This document shows positions 36,751-49,397 of a stretch of DNA of 64,000 nucleotides, one piece after another (position 1 is the first letter of the stretch; every line of letters begins with the position of its first letter). Location of the stretch: positions 134,912,001 to 134,976,000 of the forward strand of contig OZ024740.1 in NCBI GenBank assembly GCA_964016885.1, read 5' to 3'. Origin of the DNA: Eledone cirrhosa (taxonomy: Eukaryota). The position numbers and the translations under genes are program-made. Below the pieces are notes generated by a model, which was not told the DNA's origin, did no database searches, and saw only the letters and a program-made list of their open reading frames with translations.

Positions 36751-37599
36751 AGCCATGGACTCGACTGTTGAGCTCTCTCTACCCTATGAGGGTGGGGAGA
36801 AGGATATATCAGCATTTAATTTGTTTATAGTAAGATCCTGTGTTTGTCACCTATGTTATCTACTATATGACTGATTTTTCCTTTTAGTTGTTTTTTTTTG
36901 GGGGGGGGGGGGGTTATATTTATCCAATCAACATTTTTTATTTATTTCCAATAACAAAGTAAAATACTATGTGTGTCTCACATTTCTCAAACCACTATAT
37001 TTAACAAATCTAGATATATATATATATATATATATATTTCATGAAGAATTGGTGTATCATTAATTTTTAGGAGTTTTTTTCCATTCCTTTTAGATAAATT
37101 TAAGCCATAATGATAGTATAATTAGGCATACCCATTCTATATTAAAACAATTCTAACCCAAGATGATTTTGCCATTCTTTTTCTCTTAAATGAATTAAGC
37201 ATTTGAATGTTTATTCAAAGCTTCAATTATTAACCTGGTGAGAAATTTCAGAATTCCAGAGGAAAGATTGGGGATTTGAGTAATGAAATTGTTTTGGTGT
37301 AAAAGAATGTATTTTCTTTAATGTTGATTTTAATAATGCTAATGTTAAATTAATATATAGTTGGTAAAGTTATGTAGTAAATTGTATACAAGATTATTTT
37401 TTCTTACTATATGTGAGGGGGTAAGGTAGTGAACTAAGGGAAGGGGCAAGTACATTAAAAAAGAGATTAGTCATTCATACACATTTTAAAATAGACGGTT
37501 TTGTAATGTGAGACCAAGTGCAGTTTCAGGTAGTTGGATATCTATAATTTTTATATTGTGAATACAATAAACAAAGAAATCACGGCATTTCATGCAAAT

Positions 37600-37960
37600 A
37601 TGACACTCAGAAGGAGGGCAATGGCTATGCACTGAAAGAGCTTCACCTTGCAGGGGCTCATTTTGCAGATGACCATCTCAATTGAATTAAGCAGGGAGGT
37701 GATTCTAGGATCCAAGATGCCAGATGTTTCCACTGTTATGGGTTCAACAAGAATTAGAGCAATATTTTGTCAACTTGTTGAGAGACTAAGCCAGTGTCTG
37801 ATGCTGATTTCATTAGGTTAAGAAAGTATTACTGCAGGTTGGATCCTAAATTAAAGATTTATTACCTCAATTTTGGTGCCATCTGGTCTTTTGCTGTTCC
37901 TCTGTCTAGCCCCGATGACACTACTTGTGATGGGATGACTATATCAGCATTTTGATATTT
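37600..37960 (-). mobile_element. Decayed CRE-clade non-LTR retrotransposon 3' fragment (restriction-like endonuclease)
   Basis: Across frameshifts on the minus strand: IPSQVVSSGLDR / SKRPDG / DPTCSNTF / EPITVETSG / LFQCIAIA, in the order of the CRE REL motifs (GLxRxDGKRPDG...WDxTC...PxAVETxG...QRISIA). Confidence 0.65.
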
Positions 37961-40900
37961 TAAGATTCTTGCTTCGAATTCTTAACATAAACATTGCAAT
38001 ATTAACATTTAGGCAGAGGGACTTGACTTGGTTGTTAAGTATGCAAGGTACCAATTTATTATGTAATAGTTGGCTTATTACTAAACTAAGTGTTCCAAGA
38101 AATATTGTTTAAAATTAATAAATGAGGGTATAATCCCAGGAAGTTTACCAGTGGGTACCAATCTGAATCTAGCAGCTAATAATCTGTAATTTGGGGTACC
38201 TTTTCATTATATCATCATTTAACGTCTATCTTCCACGCTAGCATGGGTTAATCTACTTGAATACTAGATAAGCTAATAGTAATTTGATGGTTGCTGTCTA
38301 TAAGAAAACTTTCTTTTAATATCAAATGTAAGTAATAAGTCTGCCTCAATATTTACTTGATATTTTAACATTTAAGCTGCATCACTAACTTCATACTCCC
38401 ATTTATCTATTGATAACAAACTTTAGCATACAAAAGTGAATAAATTTTATTTTTATTAAATTACTATATTTTACAAATTCGATTTAATTAGAAATGTATA
38501 CCAAATATTTTTAAATTTCATTTTGTTTTTATAGTCTACATATCTAGTAAGCTAATGCATGTCTGTAATTGTATCTTACTTGCGTAAGTGTTCTCAAGTA
38601 TTTGATATTTCTGGCTGACATCACAACAGAAGATTAATGGTATTGTTGGGACTAAAACATTTGGGTTACTTTTTAATTTTTTTAGATTGATAGTACATGC
38701 AAGTCTACTTCAGTAGATAATGCTATATGAAATATAAGATCTATATTATTAGAGGTCTTTTCCTGTTTTTTTTTTAACGTGATACACCTAAACATACTTA
38801 TTTTCTGTTCATTTTTGTCAGATAACTTTTCAAATTAAAAACAAAATGTTAAAGAGTTGTTTAAGCAAATACTTTCAGGAAATTCTCTTAAGAATCTAAT
38901 TACTCTTCTTCATATTAACTATTCTCTACTGTTCATTGAAACTGATGCCTATTTTTCTGTTTCAGTAGAATAAAGAAGTTAAGGTAATGTGCCTTGCTTA
39001 AGGGTACAATGCAATGCCTGTGGCAGGGTTTGAATAGTCCTGTATCTTAACTACTCAGCCACTACTGAGTTGTTTTTTTTCCTGGAGGCAGTGTGGACCT
39101 GTTTTCATATTCTACACACACCATTTTCATTATTACTACTTCTGGTTTGTGCTAATATCCAGAAGTACCTCATCCATCCAAAAAAAAATTATTCCAAGGT
39201 ACATTGTTTTAAACATACTGATGGTTTATATTTTTACTGTTTCATCTTGTAAAGTGATCCTGCAATCAAGCTGGTGTTGTTCAACTCAAGTGTATTTAGG
39301 ACCTGGTGACTGGAGGGAAGAGAGTTTTGTATTTGATCTTGCCATCATTTCTCTATTAATACAAAAAAAACCTCTTCTCTTTCTTATAATCATCTATTAA
39401 AAAAAGGCAGATATATATTCATTAAACCATATCATGTTAACAGTTGCTTATTTTATGACTAAAATATTTTTTCCTCAGTAACTATGTTCTGTGAACATAA
39501 CTAAATAATTGTTGACTGTTTTATTCCTAAAACACAAGCCAACTTCACCAGTTAAAAATATTTATAAATAAAAATAAAACAAAAAGGTTTTTTTTTTCTT
39601 AAATAAAATATCTTGTGTCTATATTAACAGATTTGAAGGAATATAGAGATCCTACTTTTATGGTTTAAAGTTACTTCAATGGAACTTTCAAAGTTATCTC
39701 TCACAAATTTTGTCATTTGTTTCATTTTAAAAAATACAATTCCCCTCACTCCACCCCAAAGAGTTTTTTTCTCCTTCCAGAAATTTTGCTTCCCTACTTA
39801 CAGGAGTAAGTTTAACGATTTTTCCCCTTAGTGGCAGGCAAGGGAGTGAAAACTTGTAAATGGAGGTTTGCTTATATCCCCAACTGTTGGAATCATTTTG
39901 TTTTCAATAAAAAATATTAAAAGGCAACTCTAAAGGAGCCTTTTTTTAAAAGACTTAGAACAGAGTGAAAATATTTCATAGGTGTAAATATTTTTCATAT
40001 ATGGGTGACTTTTATATATTATTTGTTCATTTAATAATCTCTTGGATTTCTCCTGCTTTGTCTGTACATACTTTCTGTTATGTATTTTGTACATAGGACT
40101 ATTTTTTTTTTGTTCTATTATAATTTTGTTATTCCCTTTACTCTAAAAAAACATTTCATCTGATGCACTACGGCATTCAGTTGTTAAAAAAATACACAAT
40201 TATTTTTAGTTTTATCTAAAACAACTTATTCCTGCTTATAATTCCATCACTTTTTTCATCTTGATTTTAAATTGTAATCTTTTTCATTAGAAAATGCAAA
40301 CAAAATTAAAGATTATTCTGAATGTGAAATTATTTGCTTTATTTTTTTTCTTTATGAAAAATTATTTTTTCTATAATTTTTGTTTATAATTTTACTTGCT
40401 AGTATTGATAATGATTTCTGACTTTAGCTCAGAGCTCAAATTTTGAATGAGAGATATAATCAATTTCATTGATCTTAATACGTGACTAGTACTGATTTTA
40501 CCAGTCCTGGAAGGATTTTTATCCTTCCAGGACTGATAAAGCAACATTATATAACCAAATACAGCAAATATTTGGTGTCTATTTCTATAGTTTCTACGAC
40601 CTCATCCACTAAATAATAAAAGCCAATGTGTATTTGTCTGTTATGCACTAGAGATGACTGAGAAAGGAAGGGATGTTGACAAACTACAGAAAGCAGCATT
40701 CAACATTTGCTACACCTGTGTGTGTGTGTGTATAGTGAATTGGCTACACACATTGGCTGAGTGTTTGTGTAAATTATATTTGTGTGTTTATTTAGAAAGA
40801 TACATAGACAAACACTCACCAATCTACACATAAACATCAATGTGATGACTGAGGAAAGAGGGGGTGAGAAACTATAGAAGTCCAGCATTCTAAGATTCGT

Positions 40901-41446
40901 CACAGCTGTGTGTTTGTATCTCTTGTGTAAGTGAGCATGAAGGAAACAAACATCTCTTTTTTATATTATGTATAGATATTACAATTAGCTATCATTTTTG
41001 ATGGCACAGGGCCAGCTAGTTTAATAATAATAGTAATTGTGACTGTAAGGAGACTAGGGTTGAGAGGATTTGTCTAGTTTTAGAGTATAATGAACTATCC
41101 AACCCATGCCATTAAGTTTCTTTTACCGTATTGGCTTGTGTTTCTTTAATTGTTGTATAACATAGTATGTAACCCAATTAGTCATAGACTACTTTTAATC
41201 TGTTGAGAATTACTATATCATTGATTGTCAATCATCAGCATCATTGTTTTATATCTTCTATTTCATTCTGCCATGGATTGTTGGACACATCTTGGCACTA
41301 CTCATGAGCCACATCATCTAGCACACAACACCAGAATATTGATCAACTTTAATGTTGACACTAGGGAGTTTGTCTCATGTGGAAAGACTGTCATTATCTA
41401 TCCAGTGTTCTTATTTGGAGTTACTATCCTCTTAGCTTGTGTAATC

Positions 41447-41647
41447 TGTGGGTATGGTGTGGTGTGCGGTGGCCGGAGGCTGGGTAATGCTTGACCGGAA
41501 GGGCCAGCAGGTCTGCCTCTCTCTAGGGTGGTCAGCGAACGTGGTGGACGTCAGTTTTGGAGTTGGATTGTACGCACGTGGGAGAGGAGAAACCAGCCAT
41601 TGGATTAGCGGTGAAAGCGGTAAGTGAAGTAGCTTTTTCTAACCACA
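41447..41647 (+). repeat. 5' LTR of Gypsy element
   Basis: Direct repeat of 45244-45454 over its 3' three quarters; TG...CA ends. Confidence 0.9.
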
Positions 41648-44600
41648 ATCTATTTTGGCACTGGAAACTGAGATCTGATTGATAAAAAAAAAAAATTTTT
41701 TTTAACTTTCTCGAAAACAAAGCTACTGGAAAAACAGAGAGGAGTCTGTTGTTTTTTATTACTTACCGCAGGACAAAATTAGGATATGGCGACGAGATTA
41801 CGAATGAGCGGAGACGTGATTAGAGCATTTACCGGTGAAGGCGATGTTGGCTGCGAAAAGTCCGGCTGGTCGCTAGCTTACAGAAGATAGATGTGGCTGG
41901 CCTCGAGGGGGATGCGTTGGCAATCTTCCGAGAGATGGATAAACACAGCCAAAGGGATGCGCAAAAGATTGAGAGGCGTATCATGGAAGCGTGCGCGGAA
42001 GGACTGTTAGCCGCTTTTGCTAAGCTGGCAAGGATTAGATGGAACGGTGAACGCATTGACATTTTCGCAGCGGAAATACGGCGATTGGCCATGTTAGCTG
42101 AATATCAGGTAGAATGTGAACGCACGGTGCGGTTGGCATTCATAAATGGATTTCCAGACGACATAGCGGTGAAACTGCAGCAAGTCCCGGGTTACAAGGT
42201 AATGGAGATGCGTGCACTGGTGGAGCAAGCCCGCATCATAGCAGAAGATGCCAAGAAGAGTGTCGCGGCGATAACAATGACAGAAGCCCATGGCAGCTGG
42301 CAGCGAAATGGTGAAAGGGAGGCAACTACGGCACGCGGTTGCCCGCGAACGTTTAGAGGTCGCTGTTTTAGGTGCCAGGGCCCGCACATGGCGAGAGACT
42401 GTAGAGTCAAAGCCGGACAAAATATGCTAGCGGTGTATGCGACCAGCGAAACGATCCAAGGGGAACTACTGCGCCGGTAGCTGCCCCTTACGAGTAGAGG
42501 CGTTGCCCGTGGTGAAAGTTTTCGTGAGGGGAAAGCCACAGCGAGCCCTCGTGGACACGGACTGTATGATGACACTGGTGACCGCGGGGGTGGCAAGGGA
42601 AGAGCAGCATAAGGGCAGTCGACGGCAGGAAAATTGAATGCCGAGGTCGCAGCGATGGCGGTATGGGGAAAGAAAATAAGGCTTTCTACCATCGTAGTCG
42701 ACAACGTGGTGGATGGGATCAGCATAGTTATGGGCATGGACACAATTGGCGGTCTAGGCGGCGTTACAGTGAACAACGTCGGTGTGTCATTTGGCGCCAC
42801 TGCATCGGTATTCGCTGTGAGTACGCGACAGGAGAACCAGAAGGCCCGCAAGGAAAAATATCCCGCTTACACTGTACAGGACAAAGACTTCAAGGTCGTG
42901 TTCGATGGGCAACGATGGGTTGTTGAGTGGTACTGGAAGGGAGAACCACCAACACTGAAGACCAAAGTGGGCTGCTATCAACACACAGTGAAGGGAGACA
43001 TTAGGAGCGAGTTCGAGCGAGAAGTAGAGAGATGGATTGAGGAGGGCATACTGCTTCCCTGGAAAGAGGAGGTATTGCCGTTAATGGCGGTGACGCAACC
43101 CACGAAGAACAGGGTGAGGCTGGTACTGGACTTTCGGGAGTTGAACGAGCACGTGTCATGCCACACGGATGTCTGTGGGGAAACCCTGCGTGAGTGGAGA
43201 CGCATGACGGGCGCTTCCGCAATCGTCAATCTAAAGTCGGCATACTTACAATTACACATAGATGAGAAGCTCTGGCAGTATCAGCTGGTCAGGTATAGGG
43301 CCAGACATATTGCCTGAGCAGGCTCGGTTTCGGGCTGAGCTCTGCACCGAAGATCATGGCGGCGGTCCTCAAGACCATTCTGGGAAAGGCCGACAAGATG
43401 AAGAGGGCCACTAATTCCTACATTGACGACATCCTAGTGGACGAGTCTGTAGTGTCGGCGGCGGAGGTCACGAGCCATTTACAAGGGTATGGACTGACTG
43501 CGAAGCCGTCAGAAGCGTTGGAAGGAGGAGCCGCGCTGGGACTTAGGCTACGGCGAGACAGGACGGGCGTGTTAATATTCCAGAGGGGAAATGAAGTTCC
43601 AGAACTGGGCCCAAGTATGAGTAGGCGGGAGCTTTTCTCGGCGTGTGGAAAGTTGGTGGGTCACTACTCGATTGCTGGGTGGCTCCGGACGGCATGCAGC
43701 TATGTCAAGAGACGAGCGGGCGGGGTGATTTGGAGTGACAGAGTGGGAGAGAGGACGGTGGCCATGATGCAGGAGATCGTAGAGAGGGTGAAGGCTGACG
43801 ACCCAGTGTGGGGGACGCTGGTATGTTCCCAAATCGCAGAACGGGACCGTATGGTGCAATGCCAGCAGCATAGCACTAGGTGTCATGTTGGAGATAGGTG
43901 TTGAGGTCGAGGATGCAGCCTGGCTTAGGAAGAAGGACGATTGCAACCACATCAATGTGGCCGAACTGGACGCGGTGTTGAGAGGGGTGAACCTCGCCCT
44001 GAGGTGGAGACTGCGCACCATCAAGACCCGCACCGACTCGGCTACTGTACTCAGATGGGTGAGATCAGTGCTCACCAGTAAGAAGAGAGTGCGAACGGGA
44101 GGGGCGGCGGAGATGCTGATAAAGCGCTACCTGGGAACTTTAGGAGAGCTGGCCACCGAGTTGGACCTGAGACTGAGCGTAGTTTTCATGCCCTCAGAGA
44201 AAAATAGGGCGGACATTTTAACCAGGGTGAAGAAAGCCTGGATGGAAGCGCCGGAGGATGTAGAAGAGGAGATAGCTGCTGTGTCGGCGACCGAGTCAGA
44301 TCTGAAAGGGTTGCGTGACATGCACCACATGGGAGTGGATAGGACTCTGTTCCTAGCCAGGAGAATCGACTTGGACAGTGTTCAAAGAGTGGTTAGAGGC
44401 TGCGTCCGATGTCAGTCCATTGATCCCGCCCGGGTGTGCACGAAACGGGAAGCCTCCCGGTGGATCGCGACTGGAAGTGATTGGCGGTGGATGTAACACA
44501 CTACCGACAAGAAACATACCTCTCAATGGTTGACTGTGGACCGGGATGGAGGGAGATGAAGACCTGGAACGGCCGAGGAAATCACGCGGACGTTGAGAGA

Positions 44601-45243
44601 GGTGTTCTTGGAGCGGGGCCGTGTGGACGAACTGCTGATGGACAACAGCGCAGCATTCCGCTCGGAGGCACTGAGGGAGATGCTTGATGGATGGAAGGTG
44701 GACCGTTTCTTCAGAGCAGCGTACTGGCCAAGCGGAAATGGAATCGTGGAGCGACACCACCGGACGATCAAAGCAATGGCGGAGCGGGACCACATCTCAC
44801 CAATGGAGGCAGTGTTCTGGTACATGTCCCCTCGGGTGGGACAGGTTGAAGAATCGGTGCCACACAGAGCAGTATTCAGATACGAGTGGCGGCACCCGTG
44901 CACGCCACCACAACGGCCAGTGGGGAGAGAGAATGCATTCGTGCAGGTGGGCGAAGAAGTCTGGGTTAAGCCCCCAGATGCACGTTGCACATTTCAATGG
45001 GGAAGGGGAACGGTGACGACCGTAAATTCCCAGAACAATGTGTCCGTGGACGGAGTACCACATCATGTCCTGGATGTCCGTAGAAGTACTGTGTCAACGG
45101 ACTCCGAGGAAGAGGAAACCCAAAGTGCCGCCCCAACACTGCGGAGATCGCAAAGAAGTCGCAAACCACCAACCTGGACAGCAGACTTTCATATGCAGCA
45201 GGACGAGGGGGAAATTGATACTTGAGATCAGGGGGGGGGGGGG

Positions 45244-45454
45244 CTCGACCGGAAGAGTGCTTGACCGGAAGGGTGCTCGACCGGAAGGGCCAGCAGGTCT
45301 GCCTCTCTCTAGGGTGGTCAGCGAACGTGGTGGACGTCAGTTTTGGAGCTCCCGGTTAACGAGTTGGATTGTATGCACGTGGGAGAGGAGAAACGAGCCA
45401 TTGGATTAACGGTGCCAGCGAAAGCGGTAAGTGAAGTAGCTTTTTCTAACCACA
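45244..45454 (+). repeat. 3' LTR of Gypsy element (5' start missing)
   Basis: Follows the G-rich PPT; ends tttttctaaccaca then TSD. Confidence 0.88.
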
Positions 45455-46049
45455 TAATCCATCTACATCCTATTTTTTTATATGGTTTCTAATACTGGGT
45501 ACCCTTCCTATCTCACCAATTACTTTACAGTATAGAACCAATATGGTTTTAGTATGGATAAAAAGAGAATAATGTAACATACACACACACAAACCCATCA
45601 ACACCTACGCATGCTGACTGTAATTTATGGTGTCACTAGCATAATAAGGTTGTCCCTTATTGGAGGACTAAAGAGTCCTGTACCAATTCTTATTCAGATT
45701 TCCAACTATTTTAGGTGGGTAGTTTTTAATGTGATTTGCAGAATCCATGTTTGACACATTCCATATTCAGATGTATTAGGATGTACTACATGCTGGTTTT
45801 TAAAAGGCTAAACAAATGTATTTATCTATATATAAATTTCTGTGATTCTGTCACAACACATAGAGAGGAGTAGTTTGATTACCTCATACTACTCTTTTCT
45901 CTTTATGCCTGCTGCCTGCATGAATGTATGTGTGTGTAAAAGGAAAAAAACTGTTGTGTGTGAATGTATGTCTGTGTTTGTGCGTTTATATTTATATACT
46001 CATACATATAAATGTATGCATATACACACATGCACATACAAATACACAT

Positions 46050-47050
46050 ACATGTCAGCGTGTTGAAAAAATCCTAGTTTTAATCAAAATGTTTTCTATT
46101 ACATTTAGTTGTCTTTTGCCAACATGTGAAATTAGGTAATCCAATTTTAAAAAATCTTTTAAGTGCTGAAGTGCTTCAACTATGGTTTCTTGTCTCGTAA
46201 ATCTTTTATTGCATATAAACAGGTCCAAATGTTTGAAAAGGTGGTCATTCATTGAGCGATGTCAGGTGAGTGTGATAGGGACAGCAAAACTTCATAACCA
46301 AGAACTGTTAATTTTTGAAGATTGATTTGAGAAGTGTATGGTAGACCATTGTCATGCAGTAGAATTGGTCCATCTCAGTGAACCAGACGTAGTTGTTTCA
46401 ATTTCAGTTATTCATGAATATGGTCAATTTCCTGTCAGTATTAATTTTCAGTGATCAATTTCTATTGTTGCAAAAAATGAATCATAAATTATGTATTTTG
46501 CAAACTATCAGCCAGCCATCATAACCTTTTAGAAGTGCAGCAGTATCTTCGGAAAATGTTTTGGAAACTTGTTTGCATCTAACCATTGCCCAAATCATTT
46601 ATTTTGTTTTGTGATGAGAAATGGATATTGTTTCATCGTTATTTTCCATGCTGGCTTGGGTCAGATGGGTTGTTACAGCTTGGGACAGGTGCTGTAATTT
46701 TTTTATGTTCTGTCAATGTAGGACTCATTTAGCAAACTTCTTCATTAATAGTAATAAACTGTTGTAAAAGGTACTACCAAGTCTTCTGCAAGTTGTCAAA
46801 CTAGTATAGTGCAAGGATCTTTTTCCACTAGTTCTTTTAAGTTGTCTTGACTCACTCCTAAGGTACTTGTCTCTAGAACATTTCTGAAGCCAACACTGTA
46901 CCATTCACAGGTTAATACAACTCTCTCCAAATGCTAAATTGATGTTTTTGTAGCGTCAGTTGCTTTGTGCTAATTTTAACTCATAAAAAGAGTTGTGCTT
47001 ATTCAACAGTCATTATTATTGAAAGGCACAAATTTAATGCTTAATTGACA
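46050..47050 (-). mobile_element. Decayed mariner transposase relic
   Basis: Minus strand HDNGLPY (46336-46356), HSPDIA (~46256-46275), DHLFKHLDLFICNKRF; boundaries approximate. Confidence 0.7.
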
Positions 47051-47840
47051 AATATCACCTGAAAAGAGAAGTCAAAAGTTAGTCATTTTTTAAAATCGAT
47101 TACTCACGAGCTAACATACAATTATAACTTTAAAATGGTTCATATTGAAAAAATATTTCAATGTGGTCCACCTTAATATTAATTAAGAAATGAATATGCT
47201 GGCATTGTGCCTAAATCAGAAACCATTATTTCTTGGACATAGATTGTTGAGTGTCATAGAGTAATACAAGTCCCAGCAGAGCTGAGTTGATTAGGATTCA
47301 CAGTTATAAGAGTTTCTTTTCACTTATGTTGATAATGCCTATAAGAATGTTACAATTGTCTTATACTTCTCATTTGAACTTACTAGTCTAGCTGTTGATT
47401 TAAATAAATCTTCATTTTAATATCTGTTTTGCCATGTTGACATGGGTTAACAGGCATGCTAATGCATATCAACATCTTTTGCATCTTATTTTTAGGATAC
47501 CAGTATGCGGAGATCTGATAACATCCTACAACCTATGTCATTTTTATATCCATTGTTTGCATTGAGTATACAGAAATGAATTTTTAGTCATTTTTCTTTT
47601 TCTACATATCAAGCAAGGTTACTTTCCAAAAGCTAGTGGGCTTTTGTGTTTAATGCTACTACTAGCAGTCATTTTGAGTTTTATGCTTTTGCAATTATGA
47701 GAAAGAATGAGATTATCACTTAAGCAGTTAATATTGGCTTTATTTCAATGAGGCTCAAACACCATATATTTTAAAAGAAAAGACTATGTAGGAAGCTGCA
47801 GCATTCATACCTTTCCAAAGGTTATTATTAGTGTAAATGA

Positions 47841-49068
47841 AGGGCGGTGAATTGGCAGTATCGGTAGAGGGTCGGACGCCATGCTTTTCAGCACAGTTAC
47901 GTTCCTTTACGGGCTGAGTTCAAATCCCGCCGAGGTTAACTTTGCCTTTCATCCTTACAGGGTCGATAAAATAAAGTACCAGTAATACACTGGGATAATT
48001 GCTGGCCTTGTGCCAAAAGTAGAAACAATTATTAGTGTAAATGAAAGGTGGAGGATTGGCAGTATCGGTAGAGAGTCGGACGCCATGCTTTCCAACATAG
48101 TTACGTCCCTTTACGGTCTGAGTTCAAATCCCGCCAAGGTTAACTTTGTTTTTCATCCTTACGGGATCGATAAAATAAAAGTACCAGTAATGTACTGGGT
48201 AATTGCTGGCCTTGTGCCAAAAGTAGAAACAATTATTAGTGTAAATGAAAGGTGGAGGATTGGCAGTATCGGTAGAGAGTCGGACGCCATGCTTTCCAAC
48301 ATAGTTACGTCCCTTTACGGTCTGAGTTCAAATCCCGCCAAGGTTAACTTTGTTTTTCATCCTTACGGGATCGATAAAATAAAAGTACCAGTAATGTACT
48401 GGGTAATTGCTGGCCTTGTGCCAAAAGTAGAAACAATTATTAGTGTAAATGAAAGGTGGAGGATTGGCAGTATCGGTAGAGAGTCGGACGCCATGCTTTC
48501 CAACATAGTTACGTCCCTTTACGGTCTGAGTTCAAATCCCGCCAAGGTTAACTTTGTTTTTCATCCTTACGGGATCGATAAAATAAAAGTACCAGTAATG
48601 TACTGGGTAATTGCTGGCCTTGTGCCAAAAGTAGAAACAATTATTAGTGTAAATGAGGAAGCAGTATCGGTAGAGTGTTGAACAACATGCTTTACAGCAT
48701 ACAATTACATCCCTTTACACTGAATTCAAATTCAACTGAGATTAGCATTGTCTTTCATCCTTATGAGGTTGATAAAATAAAGTTCCAGAAATGCACTGGG
48801 GTCAATTTAATCAACTTTCCCCATCCCCCAAATTGTTGGCCTTGTGCCTAAATCAGAAACCATCATTAGTGTAAAGGGTAGTGGGTTGGAAGAATACAGT
48901 GTAGGACTAAATGTTTTGCAGTACTTAGTTACAGCTCTTCATGTCTGAATTCAAATCCAAACATGGTCAGCTTTGTCTTTCATCCACCCAGGATAAAGAA
49001 AGTACCAGTCAATTATTGATCTTGATTTAATCAATCCATCCACAACAATTGCTGGCTTTGTGCCTAAA
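47841..49068 (+). repeat. Head-to-tail array of ~6 tRNA-derived SINE units, including three identical 204-bp copies
   Basis: ccaaaagtagaaac recurs at 48013, 48217, 48421 and 48625; each unit has A box TGGCAGTATCGG, B box GAGTTCAAATCC and an attatt tail. Confidence 0.93.
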
Positions 49069-49212
49069 TGTGGTTGGTGTTAGGAAGGGCATCCAGTTGT
49101 AAAAATGTTACAGTTCCATCTAAGCAAGATACGGCTCGGCCAATCTGGCTTGACTTGTCTCATGTCGTGGACAGCCTGTCAAACATATGCAATCATGGAA
49201 AATGGGCGTTAA

Positions 49213-49397
49213 CCCTTTAATGTTCAAACCGGCCAGAATTCTCTACCTCTTTCTCTTGAAACTGGCCACTCATACTGATGTTAAGGTATTGTTCCCAAAA
49301 TCTCATAGATTCGATATTATGTGAGATAATTATGCGAGATAAAGCCTTTACCATGAAAATATAATAGTATATATAGAATAATGTGAATGCTAAAGGG
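49213..49397 (+). mobile_element. piggyBac-derived MITE inserted in the TTAA of a retroposon tail
   Basis: gggcgTTAA|CCCTTTAATGTTCA...TGAATGCTAAAGGG|TTAAatggtgatgatga. Confidence 0.88.

Larger units (their letters stand above)
41447..45454 (+). mobile_element. Ty3/Gypsy LTR retrotransposon (~4 kb), frameshifted gag-pol
   Basis: TGTGG...CCACA termini, TSD TAATC (41442-41446 and 45455-45459), PBS-like TGGCGACGAG (41787), G-rich PPT (45224-45243). Domain order: CCHC knuckle (CFRCQGPHMARDC), protease (ALVDT), RT (LDFRELN, YIDD), RNase H (HINVAEL, TDS, NRAD), integrase (HH...CVRC, VDV, MDN, NGIVER). Confidence 0.96.

Noticed and set aside
37846-37865. Apparent 20-nt GT-AG intron on the minus strand
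   Set aside because: Too short for a spliceosomal intron here; better explained as decayed CRE retrotransposon coding sequence.
38580-38651. 72-nt minus-strand exon-like segment (AG...GTAAGA)
   Set aside because: One frame is open but the peptide is unrecognised and no compatible neighbouring exons could be linked; likely chance.
41829-45172. Numerous long antisense and alternate-frame ORFs in the Gypsy element
   Set aside because: Expected shadow ORFs in GC-rich coding DNA; no recognisable motifs.
48010-48681. 223-aa ORF made of three identical 68-aa repeats
   Set aside because: By-product of a 204-bp SINE unit (a multiple of 3) that happens to lack stops in one frame; GTG start, Pol III boxes inside, and diverged sister copies do not keep the frame.
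47841-49068. Possible CRISPR-like array
   Set aside because: Whole units are repeated with no unique spacers, the context is eukaryotic, and there are no cas genes.
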